Origin: Eledone cirrhosa
Taxonomy: Eukaryota
Direction: 5' to 3'
Length of the DNA stretch: 64,000 nucleotides
Assembly (NCBI GenBank): GCA_964016885.1
Contig: OZ024743.1
Location: 38,192,001 to 38,256,000 of the forward strand
Below the pieces are notes generated by a model that saw only the letters and a list, made by a program, of their open reading frames with translations, made no database searches and was not told the DNA's origin. The translations under genes were made by a program, and so were the position numbers. This document shows, piece after piece, positions 13,870 to 27,225 of this stretch. Position 1 is the stretch's first letter; every line of letters starts with the position of its first letter.

Positions 13870-13946
13870 ACAAAGAATCAGTGATACCTGTAGGTATGCA
13901 ATAAATGTTTGGTGACGTGTGGATAACGTCAAAAATTCACTTCTCT

Positions 13947-14310
13947 TTAGGCAATCACTATTGCGTAATTTAGAATTGTTATTCGTTCGTCAATGGATAA
14001 GCCACAGGTCGCATTTCCCCTTGCGAATAGCTTGGACTTAGTGATGGATTTCCATTGAATGGAGTAGTCTATACTTGAGTCCTCGAGGGACCATACGTGG
14101 CTCGCGAGTTTCGTCGATGAACGTTTGTCCGGGTATCTGAAGGTAGACTGGAAACGCTCCTTGAATCGGCCCTCCGCAATGCCCACATAGAATTTGACCT
14201 CCTGTGGTTCGTTTGATCGGTTAGAAGGGACCACAGCTTCATAGATTACAGCTGGTGTGTTGCATTGCTGTTGAAGGGGGCAAGCTTCAGGTTTATGGCA
14301 AGAGCACCCT
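13947..14310 (-). pseudogene. PLE GIY-YIG endonuclease domain fragment
   Basis: CSCHKPEACPLQQQC..VIYEA..FYVGIAEGRFKERF..STKLASHVWSL..YSIQWK..C.L..DERITILNY. Confidence 0.85.
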
Positions 14311-14587
14311 GGTAAAGAGATTCCGCAATAGTGATTGCCTAAAAACGAGAGGTGAATTTTTCACACGTTGTCCACACATCACCAAACATTTATTGTATAA
14401 CTACAAGGCTCCGGACTGATTCTTTCTAATTTTATTTTTATTTTCAAGCTAAAAACTTTCCGGACTTTCTGAGTTATCTCCCTTACACCGCTCGCATGGA
14501 GTGTAGTATTGCCTGCGTGAGGTGACCGAGTTTCTGCGCATGCGCGTTCGTACGGTTATCCTTCCTGTTCCCATAACCATCCACATC

Positions 14588-14627
14588 CCGAGCTGAAGAT
14601 CCGCCAAGGTGAAACAATTGTTCTCGG
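14588..14627 (+). ncRNA. Minimal hammerhead ribozyme
   Basis: ccgag-CTGAAGA-tccgccaaggt-GAAA-caattg-TT-ctcgg. Stem I is a perfect 5 bp; stem III is palindromic. Confidence 0.8.
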
Positions 14628-14666
14628 TATGGTGAACTAACTGTTGTGTAACCACTTCTATATATC

Positions 14667-14715
<49 letters not shown>

Positions 14716-14718
14716 ACC

Positions 14719-14775
14719 ATGAGATTCCTGATGATTTCTAAAGAATGAAACAGTTCTAGTCCTGTAGAATCTCAT
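14719..14775 (+). ncRNA. Type I hammerhead ribozyme
   Basis: atgagattc-CTGATGA(14728-14734)-tttctaaagaat-GAAA-cag ttctagtc ctg-TA-gaatctcat. Stem I is a perfect 9 bp; GUA cleavage site. Confidence 0.85.
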
Positions 14776-14823
14776 CTATATTAAAACTTACTGTGGTTAC
14801 CTCCGATTCAACCCGGAATAACT

Positions 14824-14897
<74 letters not shown>

Positions 14898-14944
14898 GTA
14901 AAATGACCGGAGGCCGGACATGTTGAATTCACCTAATTAATTAT

Positions 14945-15008
14945 AATACTATGCACATTTCAGTGGCCAGGCAGCGTATGAATGTTGTGACATCATCAGC
15001 TGTATGTT
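14945..15008 (-). ncRNA. Probable decayed hammerhead ribozyme
   Basis: Reverse complement: CTGATGA-31 nt-GAAA-tgtgca-TA; stem I is out of register. Confidence 0.4.
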
Positions 15009-15155
15009 GCACAAGAGTTATATATCAGAGGAATGGTGGGGAACACATTCCAAAATGCTTTAACGAAAAATAGCAGAGAAAAAACAGAGAAATAAGTCTG
15101 TTTTCGTTATTGACTCATAGGCGATCGTGGGAGCGTGTTGATATTTTGCTTCATC

Positions 15156-15156
<1 letters not shown>

Positions 15157-15250
<94 letters not shown>

Positions 15251-15310
15251 TCTCTCTCTATCTATCTATCTCTCTATCTCTCTTTCTCACTCAACCTCTC
15301 TCTCTCTCTC
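15157..15310. repeat. (CT)n microsatellite
   Basis: Direct reading. Confidence 0.95.
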
Positions 15311-15364
15311 TGTATACACGCACACACACACACATATATATATATTTAATATAGAAAAGTTTCT

Positions 15365-15429
15365 ATAGAAAGATTCCTGATGATTTCTGCCGAATGAAAC
15401 AGTTCTACTCCCGTAGAAGCCTTTTCTAT
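15365..15429 (+). ncRNA. Hammerhead ribozyme (diverged member of the 14719 family)
   Basis: atagaaagattc-CTGATGA-tttctgccgaat-GAAA-cagttctactcccg-TA-gaagccttttctat. Confidence 0.7.
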
Positions 15430-15505
15430 GTTAAGTATTTATGCTCTGCTTTGTATTAAGTACCTTCCTAACTGTGGTTACCCCCGATTGAACCCGGGAT
15501 GAAAT

Positions 15506-15638
<133 letters not shown>

Positions 15639-15946
15639 ATATATTTATGTATGTATATATATCCGTATGATATTCACCGACGCCAGAATGGCCACTCAAT
15701 ATAGAAGTAGAGTTTAATAATCCTCTTTATCGTGGCTAAATGATGAGATTTGTTACTCAGGATTTATTCATCTGTGTATTGACAGATCAAAACGATTCAT
15801 CACTTAGCCATAATAAAGGAGGTTATATATATATATTAAATTACCAATGAAGGTTGGAAAATCACTGACGAAGGACTATTTTTATCATATGTAACCCGTG
15901 TGCAAACACGCAGTATTCTTTCTTCTCATGTTTTATATATATATAT

Positions 15947-16052
<106 letters not shown>

Positions 16053-17713
16053 GTGTGTATATATATAAATATATATATATATGTGTGTGTATATATATAT
16101 GGGTGTGGGTGGGTGTGTGTGTGTGTATATCTATATATCTATATCTATATATATATATATATATAATTGGAAATCAGTAAAATCGAATCTCTGGCGGTTT
16201 GCAAGTAAATTCGGCCTACTTATATGAAGTGATGAGTTAACAAAGCACTCGATAATGTAGGGCCTTAGAGTAATAACATACGTTTAAATAGCTTGACAAA
16301 TCGAACATTGTGGTAGGCTAAACTAACAGAGAATACATACCAAAGCAACGATAGAACTAATCAGGTTGAGAAAAGTACACCTGGACAGATCAAACGAACA
16401 ATCGTGTAAAGTGTTTCTTTGAATCCGAAATCAAATATCAGACTTACTTGAAAGGGAAGCTCATGGTATTGGTGATCGAACGTAGGATTCAGTTTATCAA
16501 CAGATTTTATCGCTCTTCCTAGGATCGGAGTGATAAATTATATGTTGCTGCTACATGCTGCTTATCGTATCTATAATTATCACGTGTTAATTCCGGCAAG
16601 GGAAATAACCCCCGGTCCCAGGCGGTTCATTCAAAATGTTAGCGAAAGGAAATATTTTAAATTTCCGCTAATCATCATGATAATCTCTCGACTAGATCTT
16701 ATGAAACAAACACTAATAATTAACAAATCAACAGAATTGTCTAATTAAATTAATTAGTTAATTATTAAATCTCTCTCTCTATATATATATATACCCCACC
16801 TTGAGAGTGATCATTCGGACTGTCAGAAATCTCCCAAATTGTAATCGTATATACCGAGGAGATGTATCAAATGTTGCTGTTTTACATAGCCCCTCAAGGC
16901 AATATTGGAAGATCTCTGAAACCTTTCCAAAGTTATGTCTACACAATCACATCTCACTATCCTGTAAACTAAAATGCCCGAAACAATATAACTATATCGA
17001 CAATTGTTAATAATATTTGATTCCTTATTTGCTTTATGAACACATGCCTGACATGTTAAGAAATGTGCTTCGCATTCATAACTTCACAAGTGACACGATG
17101 CCCTTAATAAAGTAATGGATTAACACAAAACTTGTAAAGAAAATAATCTAGCCAGGTTTTGAGGAATCCTGTCTGGTGTCTCGAACTTTTAATTCAAGTT
17201 TTTAGTCACACATCATACTCTTCTGACTTGCGTAAGAATACTGTTACGTATATATAGGATATTCCGCCATTTGCATAATAATTTAACAGGTGAAGCCTTC
17301 AGTTGATCGGATAACTGCATTGTCATCATTGAATCCGACGGATGATCCCTCGTAGAAGATGAGAACAACTATGTTTTTATATAAATTGCTTCTATAAGAT
17401 TTAAAATGTCACAAGGTTTAGAAATTTTACTTTAATATCTTTCCAACAAGATTCAGTTTACCACTTCCTTTTGTCTTTCATATCGTTTGACGCTTTTAGC
17501 TAGACTGATATTGCGCAAATATTGCTGCTTCTACACACAATGCAGGAAATGGCTTTTAAACGAAGAAGACAGTGTTAGGTCTTGTGCAAATATCGCTCAA
17601 TAATAACAAGATTACAGAGACAAACTAATACAAACAAAACATCATCTGTATGACGATGTAGTTTGTTCGAAGTGACTGAATATATTATTACAGCAAATTG
17701 TGTTCTTGTTATT

Positions 17714-17907
17714 AGTATCGGTCGGACGCCATGTTTTGCAGCATAGAGTTACGGCTCTTTATGATCTGAGTTCAAATCCCGCCGAAGTTAACTTTGCCTT
17801 TCATCCTTACGGGGTCGATAAAATAAGCACCAGTAATGCACTGGGGTCGATTTAATCGACTTTCCCCTCCCACAAAATTGCTGGCCTTGTGCTTATATAA
17901 GAAACCA
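17714..17907 (+). mobile_element. Nin/Deu-domain SINE
   Basis: B-box-like gagttcaaatccc; aactttgcctttcatccttacggggtcgataaaataagcaccag; (ATT)n/(CAT)n tail. Confidence 0.8.
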
Positions 17908-17931
17908 TTATTATTATTATTATTATCGTCG

Positions 17932-17982
<51 letters not shown>

Positions 17983-19914
17983 CCATCATCATTATTCGAG
18001 ACATGATATAAAAGTATGTATTGTCGATAATATTGTTATTCTATTCCTTTTCTTACATATAGTTCTTTTTCTGTTATGTCGTCAAGCTCCTCATCATAAC
18101 CGTTGATTTCATCGTCGTTACTAACCTCATCATCATCCTCAGCATCACCAGCATCATCAATGTTATCATCATTATCGTCATGTTTTCATTATGACCATCA
18201 TTTTTATCACTAACAACACTGAAACTACCTCCACCACTATCACTAAAATACTCATTATCCTTCACTTCATCTTCGCCATCATTATTATCGTCATCATTCA
18301 CGTCGTAATGTTTCCATTGCTACTGACTAATAAACTATCAACTGATAAATAGAATATAGCATATGAAGAGGAGATATTACTTTGATGTAATAAAGAAAGA
18401 TGTTTTTATCACGAATATCGTTAAAAGCAAAGGTGACATGAGTGAAGAAGTATTTTATAATCTTCAGTGTAGATAAACGGTGCCAAAATCGATCAGATCT
18501 TTCTCTCAATTAGTCGTCTTCGTCTTCCTATGTAAACATTGCCTTCACAATTACTCTTCGTCTATTAACTGAATTGACGTGGAGGCATATAGGTTATTAG
18601 TTCAGACAGTAAAAATACATTTATAAAGTGTGGGACAATCTATCCCAGACTCTTTTTATATCCGTTCAATAACTCGATGATGGAACGTTTAATGGAATTT
18701 TGAAATTTATTTACATCAATTTCCACTTAGATGTTCCCAAGTAGTGGAGATTAAGTAAGAAAATGAAAATGAAAAAGAAAGAAAATGAAAGAAAAGTTTA
18801 AACAAAGGCTGAAAGAATAGGGGGAAAGAAGACAGAGAGAGAAACGGTGGTGGAGACAGTTTGGAATATTAGCATCTTCATAATCAGAATTTATACTTAA
18901 GAAAATGAACTTGGAGTAAATTAAATAGGAATTTTCATTGCAACCTTCAGCCGAAGAAAACGAACATTACAACATGCAGCCGAAGTAGATTAATAAAGCC
19001 CATCAATATACTTATTGTTGTTCTTGGTGTTGTTGTAGTTAATAGTGTTCCTGTTATTGCAGAAGTTTCGGGTAAATTAAGAGCGTTTCCATCAAGAGTT
19101 GTAGACGTATTTGAAATGTGGACTATAATTATTTTGACAGATACTGTACTTGTAATAATGAAACATTCTCCTTTATGTTATACAATCCTAACAGCAGTAA
19201 CTAAGAATTCGAAACTACTGACCACCAGTAGTTGTTGCGTCTAGAAACATAATTATATTACTGTAGTATTGTAGACTCTTTGTTATAAGTTGCTTGTGTA
19301 AATCCTTTCTCATTTGATTCGAATGTTTTAATTTCCGGTTACGCTTACATTTCTGGATAGGAGGTTAATATGTCACGAGGTTAAACTTTGGCAATCGAGA
19401 CGTGGCGTGGCTTTCTACTAAAAAATGAAAATATTAATAACATTGAGGTCACATGTTACGTAACATAAACTGGTTCCTATGGAAATATATAAACAAGTGG
19501 CCTTAAATCCTATGGAAAAATGTCTTTTAATGTGGTGAAAAAGTCATCTTCAGAACTTGCGCATACATACAGAAGATTCTTGATATTTTGGTTCTGCAAA
19601 TAGAAATATTGAATCATATATCTATATAATGGCTAGAAGACCTGTGTATGCTAATATATCTGTATTGTTTTCTCAAGCTTAAGGAAATGTGAAAATAATG
19701 TGCAGGTCATTGCACTTTGTGGCCGAATCGCTTTTTTCACACGTTGAGCAATTTGGTGACATGGATAAAACTGACCCCGTAAACTATATTCCATTGAACA
19801 AGTTGCTACTTATCATAGTAACATAATTATATACATGTTCAACAATTCGCTAGGAATAATACATATCAATGAATAAATGTATATGGATTAATGTTTATAT
19901 ATAATATATTGTGT

Positions 19915-20030
19915 AGGCGTGTGCGGTAGAGTGTTTGGTCTTCAGCTTACGATTATAATGTCGGGATTTCGATTTCAAGCGATGTGTTTTACCCCCAACC
20001 AAGACACTTTATTGAACATTATTCCTATCA
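19915..20030 (+). mobile_element. Degenerate CORE-like tRNA SINE
   Basis: ccaagacactttatt is shared with the 12040 element. Confidence 0.4.
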
Positions 20031-20659
20031 TTCCAATAGAAAGAAAATTATTTGTACTTAGAATTTAAGAAGCGGCCATCTCTTCTTAATATAAATCACA
20101 TGTACTCCACATATGCACGATTAGGCTTTGGTGATGATGTCCCATGTAAAGTTTAAGGTCGTACATGGTGACGTAATCCCATGATAATACACATGTATAC
20201 ATTTTCTGAGTGTTTATATTCATTTCAATGTTTTTGTCTGGAAAATTAAAAAGGTCAATCTGTGAAAAAACAAACTGACTATAAAATTAGAATACAATAA
20301 TGCGTTTGGCGTGCCTTCCTATATAAATAGTTTGGAAGTGATGTACTACAATACTAAATATTTTTTCCATATACGCTCATCAGATTCGCAGATCGCAATG
20401 CCAGCAGTCCTCTGGTATAGAGACATACACTTCACTAGGAATGAAATATAAACACTTTATAGCAACCGTGTAAAATAAAACGAACACAAAAATTAAATGA
20501 AAAAATACTACCCAATCATGGCGTCTTTAATTTAACAAAATAAAAGTATTTTCTCACTGGAGGAGGTTGACACCATTCTGGTCATCACAGTGACTACGAC
20601 TAATCAGTTCGAATCACACCAGATATAAGCTCTAAGTCGAGAAATTGCAAATTGCTTGA

Positions 20660-20695
<36 letters not shown>

Positions 20696-20730
20696 TCAAG
20701 CAATTTGCATTTTCCCGACTTAGAGCTTAT

Positions 20731-20770
<40 letters not shown>

Positions 20771-20773
<3 letters not shown>

Positions 20774-20949
20774 AGAATAGAAGGGATACAACCAGTAAGA
20801 CCATTACTCAACAGAGTACTCGATACTTGGGGTAGTAGAGTGGGTAAGACGAAAAATTCGGGACCCCGAGGGCTGAGCTTCTGGCATTTTAACAGATGAA
20901 CAGTTCGGATATAACTGTTGAAACGTCAGGAACTCAGGTTTCCCGAATT

Positions 20950-20953
<4 letters not shown>
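20771..20953. mobile_element. Fold-back mini-element, diverged relative of the 22761 family
   Basis: ggtagtagagtgggtaa..ggaccccgagggctgagct; imperfect inverted repeat 20851-20953. Confidence 0.6.
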
Positions 20954-21031
<78 letters not shown>

Positions 21032-21039
21032 GTATATAC

Positions 21040-21124
<85 letters not shown>

Positions 21125-21775
21125 GCGTGTGTATGAATAGATTAAAATAAAATTATTTCAGTGGTGCTTCATATGTTCAGAAATTATATTTATGTTTTAA
21201 ATATTACAGATCATCAAACGCAAGCATTGGAGGCAAAATATACATATAATTTCATCTAAAATTGGTGCTATTACCGCGGGTTTGTTTAGGCGATGAAATA
21301 TATATTAATTAAGATGAATAATTAATAAATATAGACCCCGTAAATTGAAACATGCTTAGCGAGTTTTACAAGAAAATTCAAGTGAGATGCCATAACGGCA
21401 AAAACCCTCTTTCAGCAAAAAGTAGTAGATCTGACATGAAAGGCCAGATGTTACAATGGACGCTAGATTTAGACTCATAGTAAAGCAACTCTAATCAATA
21501 TTATGCGTATAGACTAAAATAAATTAATTGCAATCATATTAAAGATGGAATTGCTCAAATAATAAATAGAGGCTAAAAATTATAAGTTTTTGAGCTACTT
21601 TTTTTCAAAATAATATATTTAGATGTAATAATTATATATTAAAATTATATATTAAAAGTGAGCATGGTAGGCAGAATATAATAAAAATATAATTTTTCCT
21701 ACATATACGCGATTATACCGCGACACACTCACACATATGTATATATATATATGTATTTAAATTTACGTTGAAAAT

Positions 21776-21847
21776 TGCCTTGTCTGATGAACGAATGCGG
21801 ACGTTTCTTGTATTCGTTTTATTCGGGAAACCTTTGGTAATGAGGTA
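21776..21847 (+). ncRNA. Type I hammerhead ribozyme
   Basis: tgccttgt-CTGATGA-36 nt (acgaatgcgg/ttgtattcgt hairpin)-GAAA-cc ttt gg-TA-atgaggta. Confidence 0.75.
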
Positions 21848-21883
21848 GTTATACCGTATTGTTTTGTATACATTAAATATATA

Positions 21884-22036
<153 letters not shown>

Positions 22037-22393
22037 GCTATTAGGATCGGTGCTCGGAAGTAGCGACGTATACATGAATGTATGTATAGTATATTTGGCA
22101 ATATGACGTATGTTTAATTAAAAGCATATTAGAACGCCATACGTTATCAGTTTTAAAGTAGTGACTACGTCACTTACTTCTTTTCGGCGAGAGAAGGGAG
22201 AGAAGCTGACAGTGTGTTTCACGCTGCTTGGCGTTTATCAGAGCCATCTACTCCCATGTTTTCGCCGAAAATTATACAAGGTGGATTCTTATAGAATTCA
22301 AGACATAGTAATTACTATAAAACTGATAGTGTATGGTCTACTAAATGTTTTTAATTAAACATACGGTATATTACCAAATATACTATACATACA

Positions 22394-22543
<150 letters not shown>

Positions 22544-22760
22544 TGTGTGTCTGAGTCTATGTGTTTTTGTAATCATTTTATTAATTCTAAATAATGAGTT
22601 TTACTACTCTGGAGTTTGGTATGTTGATCCTATGATGAAAAAGCGAAAGTCCGGATTAACAAGATACACTGGTAAAACTCTACTTCCGTATTGAGTACTC
22701 TTCTTTCTCAGACGTCAACAGCAAATGGATATATACATATATGTATATATATATATATAT

Positions 22761-23155
22761 AACGAAGGAAATGTGGCAAGGAACCAGGTGGATCATAACG
22801 CACCAAAGAACTCAATACTTAGGGTAGTAGAGTGGGTAATATGAACGAGTAGGACCCCGACGGCTGAGCTCAAGCCGTTTCGACGGCTAATTCTGGACTA
22901 AATGAACATTTTTATCCTGGTATATGAATAGCCGAGCTTCTCAGGGAGAAATCCATATATGGTAAAAGTGATTGTCACAAAGATTGGTCAAAAGTTTCAG
23001 CAGCTGTTTCTGAACGTTCTGAAATAGCTGTCGGAATGGCTGGATCTAATCCGTCGGGGTTCTGACTCCTTTCCCGTTACCCACTCTACTACCCCTAGTA
23101 TCGTGTACTCTGGTGAGCTATTGTCCAATTGGTTCCTTACCACACTTTCTTCGTT
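22761..23155. mobile_element. PLE-derived element with diverged inverted arms
   Basis: aacgaaggaaatgtggcaaggaacca.. / ..tggttccttaccacactttcttcgtt; flanked by (TA)n. Confidence 0.7.
22855..22948 (-). ncRNA. Hammerhead ribozyme with long stem II and extended stem III
   Basis: Reverse complement: ctcc-CTGAGAA-gctcggcta..(56 nt)..tagccgtc-GAAA-cggc ttgagctca gccg-TC-gggg. Core position 8 is non-canonical in this copy. Confidence 0.65.
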
Positions 23156-23344
23156 ATATATATATAGGTAGGTGGCTATATACATTGACAGATACAGAGG
23201 AGGTTAGTTAAATCTACTTGTTTATGACTTGTGTGTTAATTTCCGGACATACCCCACATATTATACACATAATCACATATTCAAACATACACACGCATAT
23301 ATCTATACGTATATGCATATATATTTATATATCTATATATATAT

Positions 23345-23533
23345 AACGAAGGAAATGTGGTAAGGAACCAGGTGGACCATAACGCACCAAAGTACTCAAT
23401 ACTTACGGTAGTAGAGTGGGTAATAGGAACAAGTAAGACCCCGACGGCTGAGCTCAAGCCGTTTCGACGGCTAATTCTGAGTCCAGAATTAGCCGTCGAA
23501 ACGGCTTGAGCTCAGCCGTCGGGGTCTTACTTG

Positions 23534-23536
<3 letters not shown>
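23345..23536. mobile_element. Fold-back mini-element with a perfect 53-bp hairpin
   Basis: Arms 23427-23479 / 23484-23536 are identical; loop agtc. Confidence 0.85.
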
Positions 23537-23604
<68 letters not shown>

Positions 23605-24223
23605 GTAAATCTATATATGTATATATATATATCATCAATTATAGTATATCTGTGTGTGTATATGTGCATGTTTGTGTGTGTGTATGTGGGTGGGGGGGGG
23701 GTTGTGTTTGTGCGTGCGTAGGTATGTGAGTGTACAATACATCGCATCTTTTATTTTATAGGCCAATAAAATATATATAGCAGCCTGAAGAGATGTCATG
23801 GTCATTAAACATAATATATAGTCGTTTATTTAACATCCTCATAATATAATATCGTCTCACCAACTATTAACGAAGCCTTTTTACGTGAGTCTATTTTATT
23901 TAAGTTAAATATTGTTTTGCCAATTATATTTTATGCATAATTTACATCTTAAAATAATACCACACTCAACATATTGTAAACGTAGATACCACTTTAAATA
24001 CTTGTGTTTATACTCGTCCAGTCATTATCTTCATTTTTATTTAATAGGCATTTCAGACAAGAGTAGTAAAGAACTCATTCACAAACACAAACACACACAC
24101 ACACACGTATATATAAAGACACACACACACACACCAACACACACATACATATATATATATACATAGACACACACATACATTCATTTATATATATATATAT
24201 ATATGAATGTATATGTGTGTGTC

Positions 24224-24265
<42 letters not shown>

Positions 24266-24930
24266 TGTATATGTGTGTGTCTATGTATATATATATATAT
24301 ATATATATATACATCTACGAGAGATTTAAATTCATATTAGACATTGCAGACACCAATTAGAGACTTAAAAGAATAAAATAGAAAAAAGACCGGTTTCAGT
24401 TTTCTCTTCTCGCGATGCCCACATTTTATACAAGAATATCTACACACATATGTATATCCACACATATACATTAACACATTCTTGCATATTTACACATATA
24501 TGCATATATGTGTGTGAATGTATAATAGTGAATGTGCGGATGTGTTCGTCTGCGTGAGAGTGTATGCGTGATATATCCGGTTCTATACATTTGTAAGCAT
24601 ATATTATTATTGTAACTTTCCAGTATGGAAGTAAATAAATGTCCACTATATAGTTGCATGTACGTATGGTTCTCCAGTTTAAATACATTTTGCCTTTTAA
24701 GTATAAACAATTTGCTACACTGAGCCTACTTAAAACAGAGACTACGGAGTATCTCAGTAACAAATAAGAAACAAAAAAAAAAATGTGTTGTGATTGAAAA
24801 TTCAGTGCTGATCTGTTTTAAACATGACTGTACATATTCCTGGTTCATTCCATCTCCACCTAATGAAGCTAGATGTCGTAATTTTATTGATAATAACCGT
24901 TATCATGTTCTTATTATTTTGACTATGTTG

Positions 24931-25140
24931 TGGATTGGCTCTATCGGTAGATAGTCGGACACTATGCTTCGTGTCATAGAATTATGGCCCTTTACGTTCT
25001 GAGTGCAAATCCCACCGAGGTTAGCTTTGCCTTTCATCCTTACGGGTTCGAGAACTATAGCACCAGTAATGCACTGGGGTCAATTTAATCGACATTCCCC
25101 TCCCTTTCAAATTACTGACCTTGTGCCTAAAGTAGAAAAA
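24931..25140 (+). mobile_element. Nin/Deu-domain SINE
   Basis: Similar to the 17714 copy. Confidence 0.8.
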
Positions 25141-25295
25141 GTTATTTTGACTATGTTATTCTTTAGTACATCTGTCGCTGACTAAAAAATAAAGAAGGTG
25201 TGAGAGAAAATAAAAGCTTTAACTGTGGTATTCGGCATACAATGACTATTTATTGCCAAGAACACAATCTAATGCATATTTTGTATATTGATAAT

Positions 25296-25480
25296 TGTTT
25301 CTACTTTTGGCACAACGCCAGCAATTTTCCCAGTACATTACTGGTACTTTATTTTATCGACCCCGTAAGGATGAAAGGCAAAGTTAACCTCGGCGGGATT
25401 TGAACTTAGACCGTAAAGGGCCGCAACGCTGTGCTGAAAGGCGTCCGACCATCTATCAATACTGCCAATCCACTGCCTTG
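25296..25480 (-). mobile_element. Nin/Deu-domain SINE (short variant)
   Basis: ggtactttattttatcgaccccgtaaggatgaaaggcaaagtt. Confidence 0.8.
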
Positions 25481-27129
25481 TGTATAATGATAATATCCTG
25501 ACTACACCTAGAATACCATCAGTCTTCAGGCGTGCATTTCCGTCGAATCAGTTTACGTTGAACAAATACCTTCATAATAAAAACAATGAAGAAATTGAAC
25601 CTATAATCCAGCAGACATATGATGGAAACGTATTGTAGCCAAGCACATACCAGTATTTTTACAATATTCAGTGTGTTATCTCCCTTTATCTAGAATGTAG
25701 GGTATTTTTGTCTAATATCTGATTCAAATATAAGCACAAGACCGAGTACGTTACTGGTACTTTCACAATATTGCAAACAGGAAAGGCAGAGTTGATTTCG
25801 GTCGGATTTAAATTCAAAAGTTAGAAAGTTTTAAATAAATAGTGAAACGTATTTTGTTGGAAGATATCCCGATACTTCTAAATACACCCCCTTTGATTGG
25901 TTTAATATTTCTAACGGATTTTTTCGTTTTCGTATCCGTGTTATGCTTAAAAACTTCATATCTATTGTCTCTCTTGCATACGTCTACCTATATATGTGTA
26001 TATATTCGTGTGTGCGTATGTGAGTGTGTCTAGTTAAATGCATCATATTTTAGAGAAGCTATACTATATGTGATGCAGCTGTTTGTTCCTGTGTTTGTGG
26101 ATGCGTGCTCATCTGTGTGTTACTAAACAAACAATATTCTGGTAAAAACTAAAGCTTCATATATATCCCATTTTTAATATATATATATCAATTATTATAC
26201 TTAGATTATCATGTTGATATCTTCATATTTGATTCTTACAGTTGACAGCGACAACCTTGAAATTTGCTATAGGTAGATTCCTATGTAATAATATAGTTCT
26301 ATTTGTTTTGATTTTTTTTTCTTCGTGAAAATACATGAAACAACACATCCATACTTGTATCGAATTCTAAACAATATCATAAAATATAAAGACAATATGC
26401 ATTTCCTGTCACGTTATCATTCAATATTTCTCTATTTTTCTTATATGATTTATATATATATCTTTTCATCTTTTTGACATAATTTCTCAATGTTAGAAAT
26501 ACAGAATAAAGTATCAAGTTAGAGAATATTCAATTTATCAAAGAATCGGAGAAAGGATACGTTTTGATATATTCTGATATTATGAGCATATCTTGCCACC
26601 TCGTATTGAAGATTTTCAGCAAAAGATTGTGTTACAAAAAGAGCAAGATATCAATAATTTTAACACATTGCAAGAGCAATTCTTTCAATACATTATTATG
26701 CGACACAGTGTCACTGATAATATAGAGCAGTGCTTTAATATCTTATCTGGATGTCGACAAAAATTTATTTCACTAAAAATATTTAGCTAAATTAAATATT
26801 ATCTCTATTCTATCATTATTCATATTGTGTGTCCCATGAATTCCTCACACTAATTAAACTACAATATCCACCCAGGCATTTTGAATCAGTCGTACAATTC
26901 ATTCATGAAAGACGCAAAATATCCATACTCATTTCCAGGTCTTGTAATATTGATATGATGTAAAGCGGATTATATTCCCAAACCGGAACCTTAAAAGAAT
27001 GAGATCCACTAAAGTAACCAGTGGCTAGGATGTTGTGTAAGCTATAGCAAGATATAAACTCAATACCCAAAGATTTAGAGTAAATATTGCTCATCATCTC
27101 ATCCGATCGTTTCACAAATTTAACAATCC

Positions 27130-27225
27130 ACTGCGCTAGAACGGTCCCATATTTATCGACCTCGAAACTATGAACAACAAAGTTAACCTCAGTGAGACTT
27201 GAATTCAGAATGTAGAGAGCGAGGA
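27130..27225 (-). mobile_element. Degenerate Nin/Deu-domain SINE
   Basis: tttatcgacctcg..caaagttaacctcagtgagacttgaattcagaa. Confidence 0.55.

Larger units (their letters stand above)
13529..14659 (-). mobile_element. 5'-truncated Penelope-like element with inverted pLTRs
   Basis: Inverted arms ~13529-13966 / ~14324-14659 flank a GIY-YIG fragment; each arm holds an HHR. (TA)n nearby on both sides. Confidence 0.85.

Noticed and set aside
16845-17000. CCGAGGA..~120 nt..GAAA possible very long HHR
   Set aside because: The core is mutated and the stems are not convincing.
18074-18301. Asp/Met-rich ORF
   Set aside because: Decayed (CAT)n low-complexity sequence.
23781-23825. CTGAAGA-gatg..catt-AAA
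   Set aside because: The G of GAAA is missing and stems I and III are poor.
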